Source: Blasia pusilla
Lineage: Eukaryota
Reading direction: 5' to 3'
Assembly: GCA_050084515.1 (NCBI GenBank)
Contig: CM114271.1
Span: 33,232,001-33,296,000, forward strand
Length of the DNA: 64,000 nucleotides
The notes beneath the pieces are model-generated. The model did not search any database. It was not told where the DNA came from and was given only the letters and a program-made list of their open reading frames with translations. The translations under genes and the position numbers were made by a program. Positions 23,006 to 36,874 of this stretch are shown here, piece after piece; the stretch's first letter is position 1, and every line of letters begins with the position of its first letter.

Positions 23006-26000
23006 ATGGGGAAGATTCAGATGGCGTCGAAGATGGGGGTTTGGACCATATGCGTGCTCGCTTTTGTGGGGATGACCTCAGCCCGTAAGGTGCACAGTCC
23101 ATGGCAGTACTGCTCTTCCGAAAGAGAGTTCGCAAAGTGCGAGAGCGTCGTGAGATCGGACTCCGACACGACACGGGATTCTTATCCGAAGTACAACTCC
23201 CCGTGTTGCAATTTCGTCAGGAACGAGCCTCTGGAGTGCTTCTGCAGCGCTGCGAACCATTTGACGTTCAAGTCCTTTACAGTGAACATCACCAAGGTCC
23301 GGGCATTGCCTCACAAGTGCAGTAAGGTCAACAGCAAGGGCATCGGGTTGGAGTGCGATGGTGAGACCGACACTTCTCCTCGATCAAATTGTTTAATAAC
23401 TTACTTCACTGTGGTTTCCTTCTTTGTGCATGTCTTGCCAAATGTTTTAAGTCGCCAAGCTGTGATTTGTGTATGGAATCGAATCAGTACCATTTCATTT
23501 ACTCGTCAACTCAGAATCCGAGTCTTCCGAGAATCTGAATCGTACATCATGTATTGTAACTTGTCTCTGCCGTTGGTGGATGTGCGTTTGCAGCCTGGCC
23601 ACTGCCTCAACCAGCGTCCATTTCCAACTCGCTATCTCAGTCTTCTCCCCTAAGTTCCCCACCTCCTCCACCTCCGCTACTCTTGCGCCCTCCACCTCCA
23701 CCTTCTCTACTCTTGCTCTCTCCACCTCCTCCATCTCATATCTTGAGCTCTCCACCTCATATCGTAAGCTCTCCACCTCCACCTCCTCTAATCTTGCATC
23801 CTCCACCTCATATCTTGAGAACTCCACCTCCACCCCATGTGACCTTGAGCCCCTCCACCTCCTCTGACCTTGCGCCCTCCACCTCCTATGATCTTGCGCT
23901 CTCCACCTCCACCTCCTCTCCTCCTGCACTCTCCACCTCCACCTCTAATCTCTAGCTCTCCACCACCTCCACCCCATGTGACCTTGCGACCTCCACCTCC
24001 TCGCATCCTGCGCTCTCCACCTCCTCACATCCTGCGCTCTCCACCTCCACCTCTAATCTCCAGCTCTCAAGCTCCTCCACCTCCTCTCATCTTGCGCTAT
24101 CCACCTCAACCTCAACCTCCTCCACCTCTAATCTCTAGCTCTCCACCACCTCCACCTCTAGTCTCCAGCTCTCCAGCTCCACCGCCTCCTATCACTAGCT
24201 CACCAACTCCTTCACCTCTAATCTCCAGCTCTCCACCTCCACCGCCTCTTATTGCCAGCTCCTTCACCTCTAATCTCCAGCTCTCCACCTCCACTTCTTC
24301 TAAACTCTAACTCTCCACCTCCTCCACCTTTGATCCTGAGCTCTTCACCTCCACCTCTTATAATCTCAAGCTCTCCTCCTCCTCCATCTTTAATGTTGAG
24401 CTCTCCACCTCCACCTCCTCCACCTCTAATCTCAAGCTTTCCACCTCCACCTCCTCTTATTGCTATCTCACCAGCTCCCTCACCTCTAATCTCGAGCTCT
24501 CCACCTCCTCCACCTCTAATCTCGAGCTTTCCACCTCCTTCCCCTCTAATCTCGAGCTCTCCGCCGCCTCCACCTCTAATTAAAAGCTCTCCACCTCCAC
24601 CTCCTCTTATTGCTAGCTCACCCGCTCCTTCACCTCTAATGTCAAGCTCCCCACCTCCTCCACCTCTGATCTCGAGCTTTCCACCTCCTTCCCTTCTAAT
24701 CTCAAGCTCTCCGCCGCCGCCGCCTCCACCTTTAATCTCAAGCTCTCCACCTCCTCTCATTGCTAGCTCACCCGCTCCTTCATCTCTAATCTCAAGCTCC
24801 CCACCTCTGATCTCGAGCTCTCCACCTCTAACCTCGAGCTCTCCACCTCCACCTCCACCTCCACCTTCTCTCATCTTGAGCTCTCCGCCACCTCTACCTC
24901 ATATCTCAAACCCTTCATCTCCACCTCCACCTCCACCTTCTCTAATCTCGAGCTCTCCACCTCCTCCATCTATGATCTTGAGCTCTCAACCTCCTCCACC
25001 TCCACCTCCGTCTCCTCTTATTGCTAGCTCACCTGCTCCTTCACCTCTAACCTCAAACTCCCCACCTCCTCCACCTCTGATCTTGAGCACTCCACCTCAA
25101 CCTCCACCTCCACCTCCATCACTAATCTCGAGCTCTCCACCACCACCTCCACTAATCTCAAGCTCTCCACCTCCCCCACCTCTAATCTTAAGCTTTCCAC
25201 CACCGCCTCTTCTAATCTCAAGCTCCCCACCTCCTCCACCTATGATCTCAAGCTCTCCACCTCCACCTCCTCTTCTCTTGAGCTCTCCACCTCCGCCTCC
25301 TCAAGTATCAAGTTCTCCACCACCTCCACCTCTAATCTTAAGCTCACCACCTCCTCCACCTCTTAACTTGAGCTCTCCACCTCCACCTCCTCTTATCGCT
25401 AGCTCACCAACTCTTGCACCTCTAATCTCAAGCTCCCCACCTCCACCTCCATTGCTAATCTCAAGCTCTCCACCACCACCTCCTCTAATCTTGAGCTCTC
25501 CACCTTCCCCACCTCTAATCTTAAGCTTTCCACCTCCACCTCCTCTTATCTCGAGCTCTCCACCTCCTCCACCTCTAATCTTGAGCTCTCCACCTCCACC
25601 TCCAGTGATTGCTAGCTCACCAGCTCCTTCACCTCTAATCTCAAGCTCCCCACGTCTTCCACCTATGATCTCGAGCATTTCACCTCCTCCGCCTCTAATC
25701 TCGAGCTCTCCGCCTCCGCCTCCTCCACCTCTAAACTCAAGCTCTCCACCTCCACCTCCTCTGATTGTTAGCTCACCCGCTCCTTCACCTCTAATCTCAA
25801 GCTCTCCACCTCTGATCTCGAGCTCTCCACCTCCACCTCCTCCAGTCTCAAGTTCTCCACCTCCTCCACCTCTAATTTTAAGCTCCCCACCTCCTCCACC
25901 TCTTATCTTCAGCTCTCCACCTCCTCCACCTCCATCTCCTCTTAACGCTGGCTCACCAGCTCCCGCACCTCTAATCTCAAGCTCCCCACCTCCACCTCCA

Positions 26001-28609
26001 TTGCTAATCTTGAGCTTTCCACCACCACCTCCTCTAATCTTGAGGTCTCCACCTCCCCCACCTCTAATCTTAAGCTCTCCACCTCCACCTCCTCTTATCT
26101 CGAGCTTTCCACCTCCTCCACCTCTAATCTGGAGCTCTCCTCCTCCACCTCTGATCTCGAGCTTAACACCTCTTGCGCTTTTAATCTTGAGCTCTCCTCC
26201 CCCCCCTCCTCAACCTCTAATCTCAAGCTCTCCAACTCCACCTCCATCTCCTCTTATTGTTAGCTCACCCGCTCCCTCACCTCTAATCTCAAGCTCTCCA
26301 CCTCCTCCACCTCTGATCTTGAGCTCCCCTCCTCTCACCTCGAGCTCTCCACCTCCACCTCCTCTTCTCTTGAGCTCTCCACCTCCACCTCTAATCTTAA
26401 GCTCCCCACCTCCTCCACATGTTATCTCGAGCTCTCCATCTCCTCCACCTCCAATCCCTAGCTCTCCACTTCCACCTCCTCTTACCGCTAGCTCACCAGC
26501 TCTGCACCTCTGATCTCGAGCTCCCCACCTCCTCCACCTCTAATCTTGAGCACTCCACCTCCACCTCCACCTCCATCGCTATTCTCGAGCTCTCCACCAC
26601 CACCTCCTCTAATCTCGAGCTTTCCACCTCCACCTCCTCTGATTACTAGCTCACCGGCTCCTTCACCTCTAATCTCAAGCTCCCCACCTCTTCCACCTAT
26701 GATCTTGAGCTCTCCGCCTCCGCCTCCTCCAGCTCTTATCTCAAGCTCTCCACCTCCACCTCCTCTTATTGTTAGCTCACCCGTTCCTTCACCTCTAATC
26801 TCAAGCTCTCCACCTTCACCTCCATCTCTGATCTCGAGCTCCCCTCCTCTGACCTCGAGCTCTCCAACTCCACCTTCTCTTGTCTCAAGTTCTCCACCTC
26901 CACCTTCTCTTGTCTTAAGCTCTCCACCTCCACCGCCTCTTATGGCTAACTCACCAGCTCCTTCACCTCTAATCTCAAGCTCCCCACCTCCCCCACCTCT
27001 AATCTTGAGCTCTCCACCTCCACCTCCATCTCCAATTTTGAGCTCTCCACCTCCCCCACCTCCAATTCTAAGCTTTGAACCTCCACCTCCTCTTATCTCA
27101 AGCTCTCCACCTCCACCTCCTCCACCTCTAATCTTGAGCTCTGCACCTCCACCTTCTTTGATTGCTAGCTCACCAACTCCTTCACCTCTAATCTCAAGCT
27201 CCCCACCTCCTCCACCTCTTATCTCGAGCTCTCCACCTCCACCTTCACCTCTAATCTCGAGCTCTCCACCACCACCTTCTCTAATCTCCAACTCTCCACC
27301 TCCCCTTATCTCAAGCTCTCCACCCCCTCCACCTCTAATCTTAAGCTCTCCACCTCCACCTCCTGTGATCGCTAGCTCACCAGCTCCTTCACCTCTAATC
27401 TCAAGCTCTCCACCTCCTCCACCCCTGATCTCAAGCTTTCCACCTCCTCCACCTCTAATCTTGAGCTCTCCATCTCCATCTCCTCTTATCACGAGCTCTC
27501 CACCTCCCCCACCTATAATCTCAAGCTCTCCACCACCTCCACCTATTGTCTCAAGCTCTCCACCTCCTCCACCTTTAATCTCGAGCTCTCCACCTCCTCC
27601 ACCTATAATCTCTAGCTCTCCACCCCCTCCTCCTCTAATCTCAAGCTCTCCGCCGCCTCCACTTGTTGTCTCAAGCTCTCCACCTCCTCCACCTATAATC
27701 TCTAGCTCTCCACCCCCTCCTCCTCTAATCTCAAGCTCTCCACCTCCTCCACCTGTTGTCTCAAGCTCTCCACCTCCTCCACCTATAATCTTGAGCTCTC
27801 CACCCCCTCCACCTATAATCTTGAGCTCTCCACCTCCTCCACCTATAATCTCTAGCTCTCCGCCACCTCCACTTGTTGTCTCAAGCTCTCCACCTCCTCC
27901 ACCTATAATCTCTAGCTCTCCACCCCCTCCTCCTCTAATCTCAAGCTCTCCGCCGCCTCCACTTGTTGTCTCAAGCTCTCCACCTCCTCCACCTATAATC
28001 TCTAGCTCTCCACCCCCTCCTCCTCTAATCTCAAGCTCTCCACCTCCTCCACCTGTTGTCTCAAGCTCTCCACCTCCTCCACCTATAATCTCTAGCTCTC
28101 CACCGCCTCCACCTGTTGTCTCAAGCTCTCCACCCCCTCCTCCTCTAATCTCTAGCTCTCCACCTCCTCCACCTTTAATCTTGAGCTCTCCACCCCCTCC
28201 ACCTATAATCTTGAGCTCTCCACCTCCTCCACCTATAATCTCTAGCTCTCCACCCCCTCCTCCTCTAATCTCAAGCTCTCCGCCGCCTCCACTTGTTGTC
28301 TCAAGCTCTCCACCTCCTCCACCTATAATCTCTAGCTCTCCACCCCCTCCTCCTCTAATCTCAAGCTCTCCACCTCCTCCACTTGTTGTCTCAAGCTCTC
28401 CACCTACTCCACCTATAATCTCTAGCTCTCCACCCCCTCCTCCTCTAATCTCGAGCTCCCCACCTCCTCCTCCTGTAATCTCAAGCTCTCCACCACCTCC
28501 ACCTGTTGTCTCAAGCTCTCCACCACCTCCACCTATTGTCTCAAGCTCTCCACCTCCTCCTCACTTGCAAGCTCCTCCTCACTCTCCACCTCCTCCTCGT
28601 ATAATTTGA
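23006..28609 (+). CDS. Secreted 8-Cys (nsLTP/prolamin-fold) plus giant Ser-Pro(4-6) extensin-like chimera; frameshifted, possibly a pseudogene
   Basis: Signal peptide (VWTICVLAFVGMTSA); C-C-CC-CxC-C-C in exon 1 (23006-23360); phase-1 intron 23361-23593 joins in frame to the SPn repeats; frame changes near ~23850, ~24255 and ~26505. Confidence 0.85.
27490..28560 (+). repeat. Homogeneous 30-bp coding tandem repeat ([ILV][ILV]SSSPPPPP)
   Basis: ~35 near-identical units with higher-order patterning. Confidence 0.92.
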
Positions 28610-30759
28610 GTTTCCTAGCTCCTCCACCTCTAATCTTGAGCTTGCGACCAATGGAGAGAGATATGGAGTGATTTCAGCTCTACACTAAATAGAGTTGTGG
28701 GTAGAGCCTCAAGATGAAAGCAATTCTACACTCATTTCTCTCTCTATCATGGAGGTCTACACTCAATAGATTTGGTCAAATTCCTCGCCTTTGCCAAGAT
28801 TGTTCCCAAACTCTGCAATCCCTCCCTCCATTTATTCATGTTTTTGAGCTCTCCACTCCTCTGCCTCTAACTTTGAGCTCTCCACCTCCGCCAGTTGGCT
28901 CTTCTCCTCCAACTTTCATCTTGAGCTTCTACATCCCCTCTCGTATCTACTTCTCCAACTCCTCCTTCCCAACCTCCTCTTCCTCTGCCGATTGTTGCTA
29001 AAGGGGATTCCCATGATTCCCCTCATGTTGTTAAAAGAGAAGACTATGCCATTTGCAATTTACTACAAGCCAGCATTGGGGAAAGCAACCCATAAGATTG
29101 GTCAATATGGAGAGGCAGGCTTTTAGAGTTTACCGCACGGCAACAGATTGAAGTGGTCCTATAGATGGATGAGCTGAAAATGGGCAACAATTCTCAACGG
29201 GGATTTGTAGCTGAAAACCATGATCAAGAATTCCCAATTGTTGTAAGCATGCGACTGCCATAACTTTCAATGGGATAAATTTTAGGTTCCCCATTTAGGG
29301 TTATGGCAAAAATCCTGGACCCCAATATAGAGAAAATCCTCCTCTTTATTCCTTGGGATTTTAAAATTGAAACTAATTTTTAATTGAAAACCATATACGT
29401 GGTTCTTGAGGAGATGGAGCCTCCATCCCCTTGAGAATCTATCTCCATGTGAGAGGAGAGGAGACGCCCTCACTCTCTGCCTCTCTTGATTCGTCTCTCA
29501 TCTCCACCACTTCCATCACTGCAATCAAGCTTCTCTCCCATGATTGATCTCATGGAGGAAATTGCACTTAAATGAACCTCTTTGGATGTGCATTCATCCA
29601 ACTACCAGAGGAAACCTGTTCTCTTCTGGCTCTCTTTAAGGTTTGATACTTCATTCCGATTCTTCGTCCCCTACATTACCAAACATCAATGCCAAAATTT
29701 CTTCACAGAGGCACGGACCAAGTATGGTTTAATTGGTATGCAGGAGGGCTCTAGACGACGGAGATCCACGAATCCATATGTTTGGTTCTATTGATCTTTC
29801 TCTCTTAAAAAAGAAAAGTTTGACATCCAAAAGGTGTCCATGGATTTGGCTCGACCAAGGAATATGGGAACAAAGATTTTTGCGGCATGTGAAACTGTTT
29901 GAAACATATAAGAATAATACCAAATATATGTAGTGTACATATTAAACATTCCTTACATGACTAGTAGTCTTGCCATGTAATTAGGAGCATGTAATAAGGG
30001 GTGGCGGCAGCTTTGTTGTACTAGATTAGCCCATTAGTAATAGGTATATGAATCTCTGGAATGAGTTGATAGGAAACATGGAGTTATAGCACTTATTCTT
30101 GAGCATAGTCCAAAAATTTTTGTGAAAGAAATTACTTGCAAAATTATTATTTTTGGTCTCTTTCTCTATTTCAAATTCATCATCTCCCCAAAATGAGTAA
30201 TCCACCATTGCAATGCAAGAATCAAGAAGTACTTTAAATTTCTTGTTGTGTTTGAGTCATAATTTTAAATGGCTATACTTCAATTGCATGGAATTCCTAT
30301 AGCGTGTTGGGTATTTTCTTCTAAGATTTCGAGATCAAATGGTTGGTGCTGGGGGGCGTTAAAGTGAAAAATATAGCCTCCGCTCCAAAAAAATTGCATT
30401 TTATGTTTCCAGAGTGTGTAGAGGGAAACTTGGGATTCAGAGTGTGTAGGTGGAAACTTGGGATTCAGATCCTCCTCAACTCCCTGCTTGTTTTCTTGAT
30501 GGATACAAGATCATGCAATTTCATTGTAACACTGCTACTTGTTACATTTCTCAAAAGTTTAGCTTACTTGCATGAGGTCAAAGTTTGTGATTATTTACAT
30601 CATATAGAATTTTGACACATCCATCCCTTCCTACCAAATGCATTGGCCCGATGGGTAGTAGAGTCCGAAGAAATTCCATGATGGAAGGACTATTGAAGTA
30701 TAACTTTGCAAGGAGAATTCAAGAATATGTTTGTGTGTGTGTGTGTGTGTATATATATA

Positions 30760-30793
30760 TAGCGCATTTCCCACCAGAGTGGGAAATGCGCTA
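30760..30793. repeat. Perfect 15-bp-stem hairpin ending in CTAG, after a (TG)n(TA)n run
   Basis: TAGCGCATTTCCCAC-caga-GTGGGAAATGCGCTA-GT. Confidence 0.85.
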
Positions 30794-33700
30794 GTCTCTC
30801 TTGCTAATCTATTATCTCAAAAAATAGTAATAATTTTTTGAGATAATAGATAATTTTGTGAAACAATTTTATTAATAGGTGCTAGTTTCATGGTTGAACA
30901 GAAACAGACATATCCATCCAAGGGATGCATGTTCCTAAGAGGTCCGCCTCGGGTTTTCCAGTACCCGATGACCCCCACGAGCTCGGGACACAAGAATGAA
31001 TGCATGCTTAGATTACGAGCAAGGTTGCACGAAAATAGACAAGTCCGTCCATGGGACGAACATGTCCACACATGACCATGGACATGGAAATTGGTCACGA
31101 GCCCGAGTTTTCTTGGCGCCCAGGTCAACCGTGCGGGCTCCACCCACACGAATAGGTGAGGGCTCGGATGAAGGGTGCGGGCTGAAGGCGGACCATAGAC
31201 GTGACTCGGGATGAGGACGAGCCTGACGCGGGCAGCCTCGTGGGCAAAGGCCAAGCTCCCTCACGGGCCTAGCGGGCTGGGAGTAGGCCTAGGGGTGAGC
31301 AAGGCCCAGGCTCGCAGGTTGAGTGCAAGCTGGGGGTAGGCACCCGCGCGAGCTTTTGGGCGGGCCAAAGGCAGGTTAGGGGTGAGCTTGGTACAGGCTG
31401 AGGGCGGGCCAGGTGTGGGTTAAGTTTGGATGCCTATCACGGGCCTGGCGGGCTTCCTGCGGATCAGACGGGCCGAGGGCAGGCAAGGGGTGGGCCGAGC
31501 AAGCAAGGGGGCTTGCGGGCCTATCGATGGCGTGGCTGGCTGCGGGTAGGCTAGAGGCGGGCTTGTCAAGCTAGGGCGAGCCAAGTGGATAGGGGGCGGG
31601 CCTGGCGGGCTAAGGGGCCGGCTAGGCGTGGGCTTGCAGGCTATGGGCGGGATGGGAATAGGCCACGTGAGCAGGGGGCGAGCCTAGTGTGGGCCATGGC
31701 TCGAGGATGGGGCAAGGGCCGACCTAATGCCAGCTAGGCGGGCCAAGGGCGGGTCTGGCGGGCTGGGGAGAAGGCCAAGCGCGGGCCCTAGAGCCTGTGG
31801 GTAGGCTAGGGGCTCGTAGGCCAGGCGAGCCAAGGGCGGGCCTAGGCGGGTTGGGGGGAAGGCCAGTGGGCCCTAGAGCTTGTGGGCGAGCTGGGTCTGG
31901 GCTAATGGTGGGCTGAGCGCGTGTAGGTTGGGCATGGGCGTAGACCTAGAGCACGCGAGTCCGCTGGGCACAAGCGCGGGTGAATGGTAGGCTGAGGGCG
32001 GGCTTGACAGGTTATTGGAGGGTTGATAGCGGATAGCAGTGATGAAGCGCGGTTCTAGTGGGGACTTAAATGCAATTTGTGCAAGGGAAGGATGTTTGAC
32101 GGCTTGAGGTGTTGGAGTAGGGTTGTTGTAGTAGAGAATAGGTTAGTTAGAAATGAGCGGAATTGAAGAAATAGGGATAGTATTGGTGGAGAGAGGAAGG
32201 AGAATGTTAAAATAGAATAGGATGGTTGTATTGGAAAATAGGTTAATTGGAAATAAAAATTGGTAAAGAAGTTAGGATAGGTGAAAAAGGAATCGGATAA
32301 GAGAACAAAATCATATTTGCTGAATGGTGATTAGTGGAGATGGTTTAGTAATAAATTGTAAGTGGGGGTAGATGATTTGGGGAGTTAGAAGGGTTCATTC
32401 TCTTCCTTCCATCCTCTCCTACATAAAATTGCTAATTTTTTTATACCCTCACAATCTCATTCCTCCCTTCATGTCTCTCTCTTTATTATTTTGTGGAAGT
32501 TTTTTTCTCCATAGATAGCTGAACTTGATAAATAAGAATATGTTTTGCTATTAGATAACCCTAAGAATTTAAGGTATCTCATTCATCTAGGTTAGCATAT
32601 TAATCTTTCTTGTTCATAATGATTATTCCAAGTTTGTTATTGGAGCATTCACGCACAATATTTGGTATAATTTGTATACATTTTATCGGTCGATATACCC
32701 TACTATTGATATTGTAAAATTTTTGCCACTTATCCAAATATTTTTGGATGGGGTTAGTATTTGCGTGTAGTCATGACCAAAGCTAGAGAAGTCCAACAGA
32801 TTGTGAAGGAATATTGGGAAGAAGTATAGATTGAAGGTGGAACATCAAGCATATGGCAGTGTAAGTATTGTTCCTATTCCATGAAAACCTATCATAACAC
32901 GCAAATGGTGGAGCATTTTACACGAGAGAGACGAAAAAAAAATGATGGGAATCAGGATATCCATCATGCCAAATTACGTATGAAGGTCCCTCCTAATTTG
33001 CAATGGGATATCCGGAACATGATACTTATGGGAAATTGACAAAGAAGGGAAGAAAAACCCTCAAGTGAAGTGGAGGAGATGACGTCATTACCAATAGGTT
33101 TGCAAAAGATAGGAAATAGTGTTTATGTTGTGTCAAATGTAGATGGGGTTGTGGACATGCCACCATGTGACAATCTGGAGGAATGTAGAGGAGTTTCAAG
33201 AGACTAGTAGTTTTGGGAAGAAGCAAGCCGATATGAGGGATTCTTTCTACATCCAAGGAATAGAAGTTGCAAGTAACATGTGAGGGAAGTATTTCTATGA
33301 ATGTGGAATACCCTTCAACATAGTACAACAAGATGATTTCAAACAAGCAGTGTTGGCAACAGAAAAGGTGAATGGTTATTTAAGTCCTAGTTATAAAAAA
33401 GGTGAAGGTTACTTAAGTACTAGTTACAATTCGTTGCGCATCATCCTACTTGAGAAACATATGGGGGAAGGTGAAAGAAAAGATGAACTGCATATTCGAT
33501 AATTTGCATTTGGGGGCCACAAAGATCACGGATTCTTGTACCAATATGAGGAGTGAGTCTTTAGTGAACATCATGGTCTCGTGTCCACAAGGTGGGATTA
33601 TGATTGAGTCGATAGACACCAAGGGTGAATCCCAAACGGTGGAATGGTTGGCAGGTCACATAGAGAGGACTATCATGCACATCGATCTAGAGAATGTGTT

Positions 33701-36700
33701 GCAACTTGTGATAGAAAATGCTAGCAATGAGCGAGCAGCAAGGAAACTTATCGAAGCAAAGTTTCCTCATATTCTTTGGGGTGGATGCGTATCACATTCT
33801 CTTGATCTAGTATGCAAAGAATAGGGTAAATGGCCTTGGGTGGACAAGATTTTTGCACAAGCTCATGAGATAGTAGTATTTGTGAAGACTAGAACTTGGG
33901 TGATGGCCAAATTCATGGAAACCAATCTAGTGAAGAGACGATTCTTGCTTCCCATAAACACATGCTTTGCCACAAACTTTATCATGTTGGGACATGTCTT
34001 AGAATTTAGGCAGGCTTTCCATGCCATGGTTGCCACAAGTACTTTTAGGGAGTATTTCAATGGGAGGGATGCGAGGCAAAGGGCTGGAGAAGGCACAAGA
34101 GATTGACACTATTATGGCCAATCATGATTTTTGGATAGAAGGTGAGAAGTTGTTTTCTGCAGCTTTGCCAACTATTATTATGTTGAGAGAGTATGATGGT
34201 CATAAAGCAATAACAAGGTGTATTTATCGTCGTATATTTGAGATAATGGAAGACACTAGAAGGAAAATGTGTTTTTATTACTACATTATATGACTGATAG
34301 GAGTCATATTATACATGACATCACTCACGGTGATTGATGACTGCATCAGTCATAAAAGACAAGTCATTTTTGTCTCATGACTAAGCTCCACTTGAGTCAT
34401 TGTGTACATGACTTCATTTATTTCAATGACTAAAGTCATGGGGCGAAGGCTATAATTAGTCCACGTGGACATGTCTTGTAATCCACGTCATATTAGTGAC
34501 GTGGATAATATGCTTTTTATTTGTTGTGAGTCATATTTGGTACATAAGGGATGACTTGGATGAGTCATTCCCCTAGTTATGGCATGAGTCATTTTTTTTT
34601 TTTGTTTTGTAGTCATGGCGGAATCATAATTGATAGTCCATGATGAGTCATGGTTAGTCATCATAGGTCATGACTGGTCATGCCAAGTCGTTATGTGAAT
34701 AATGAAGTCATATTTGATACATAAAGACCAACTAGCTTTAGTCTTGATCCTAGTCATAACATGAGTCATTATGTTTTGTTTTGCAATCATAGTGGAGTCA
34801 TAATTGATAGTCCATAATGGTCATGACTAGTCATGCCAAGTCGTAATTTGAATAATGAAGTCATATTTGATATATAAAGAACGACTAGCTTTAGTCATGA
34901 GCTTGGTCATAGCATGAGTCATAATTAAATTTTTCGTAGTCATGTTGGAGTCATAAGTGGTAGTCCATGAGTAGAAAAATAATCAATATTTTTAGACGGC
35001 TAGTCATTAAAATTAAATCATGATCAGTCATCATAGATAATGACTAGTCAAGCCAAGTCATTATTTGAATAATGAAGTCATATTTGATAAATAAAGAACC
35101 ACTTGCTTGAGTCATGACCGTAGTCATAGCATGAGTCATAATTAAAATTTTCGTAGTCATGTTGGAGTCATAAGTGGTAGTTCATGAGTCATAGAATAAT
35201 CAATATTTTTAGATGGCAAGTCATTAAAAATGAGTCATGGTCAGTCATTGTAGGTCATTTGAAAAATAGAGTCATGACATTATATGTAGTCCATAATAGC
35301 CAAGATATTGAAGTGAGTCATGATAAGTCATAACTCGTCATTCCAAGTCATGGTTTGCAAAATGAAGTCATTCATTTGAGTCATTTTACTCTAAATAGAG
35401 TGCCTATTATTAAATCCAATGATTTTGGGTCATACAATGCGAGTCATTGCTGCTCAATGACTGCATGTTCTTTTGTCTCATGCTTAGAATAGTCATTCAA
35501 TGAGTCTTACTAGAAGACTTCATATCTGTAAAACTAAAAGAGTTCAGATCTGTAAGTGCACAAAATGCACTTTCATTTGTACTTACATTTAAAGTTCTCT
35601 GATGTGTGAAGTTTCAAGACTCAGTTTTGTAATATGTGAACAAATGAGTTTAGTATCTATAAGTTTATAGGTAAAGTTCTTTGATATGTGGAAGTTTAAG
35701 ACTCTGAACTCTTTTAGTATCTTTATATACTACTTTTCATCTTGAAGTGTGAAGTATAAAAGAAGCAATACTCTTGACACCCATCAAACTTGGAATCAAA
35801 TTTCAAGGAACCACATTTTACAAACACCTAATCACAAAATCTGACCACAAAGCATGTGAGTTTATCTCATTTTTGGCAAAATAGGTGAGATTTAAAATAC
35901 TTAGTGGATCACAAAATCTCCTTTGCTACCACTAGTTCCAAGAACATGAAGGAAACAACAAAGAAGCCTTAATCTACCTGTTTCTTCAACTTCAATTGAG
36001 GCCAGAGTATATTTGTTCCTATTGCATCACCTAATACTCATTGAGGGGGACGATCCCCCTCATTGGTTTTCCATAATGCATACTCCGGCTCCAAGATACT
36101 CTAGATTGTGACTTGCATAATCCCATGTGGAATGTCTTTTCCATGACACTTATCACAACCGGATATCCTTGTTAACATTCCATGAGCAAGTATATGGCGA
36201 GGATTTCGGTGTTCTGTGAAGGAGACATCATCGCCTATCTGCAACTGCATGATCAAAGTATGATTAAATGGTTCCCAACCAGATTCTAACTTGAATGGGG
36301 AATATCACACATGTCTTCAAATGTCATATAGAAAACAAGCAGCAAGCTCACAAAAAACACTAATACTTGAAATTGACATGAGCATTGGATGTTACGTTCT
36401 TTTTTTTGCCTCCCCCCACTTAACTTAGGCTCGCTGTCACGTCCTTCACTTCCAAAATCAGAGTGCACTTTGGATTTAGACTTCTTCTTCATTGGAGATG
36501 GTTTCACTAGCAAACCATCTTCAAAATTCTTTTGTAGCACAATCTCTTGAGTCCTCCTCTTCTTTTGTGCCCTTACATCCATAATTTTTTTCATGATTTA
36601 ATCATACAAGACAATGATCATATTTGAAAGATCTGAACTCTTTTTACAGCAATCAAGATCTTAATTTTTTTTACAGCGATCAAGAAAATGCCTATGATAC

Positions 36701-36874
36701 CCACAATTTTGTAATCTTGAAGAATATATCATTTTATTCAACGAAGACTCTTGTATATTATGATTTTGATTATGATTATCTATTATTATGAAGAAGAATA
36801 AATGAATCACCAAGCTCCGAAGACAAGGCAGAGAGATGAAGATCAAGGATTTGCCTTAGAGGAGAGTCAAAAGC

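Noticed and set aside
23361-23653. C-terminal half of the 215-aa ORF 23006-23653
   Set aside because: Mostly intron read-through (GT at 23361, AG at 23593).
23495-27492. Gly-rich minus-strand ORFs (GGGGELEIR)
   Set aside because: Antisense shadows of the Ser-Pro repeat coding strand.
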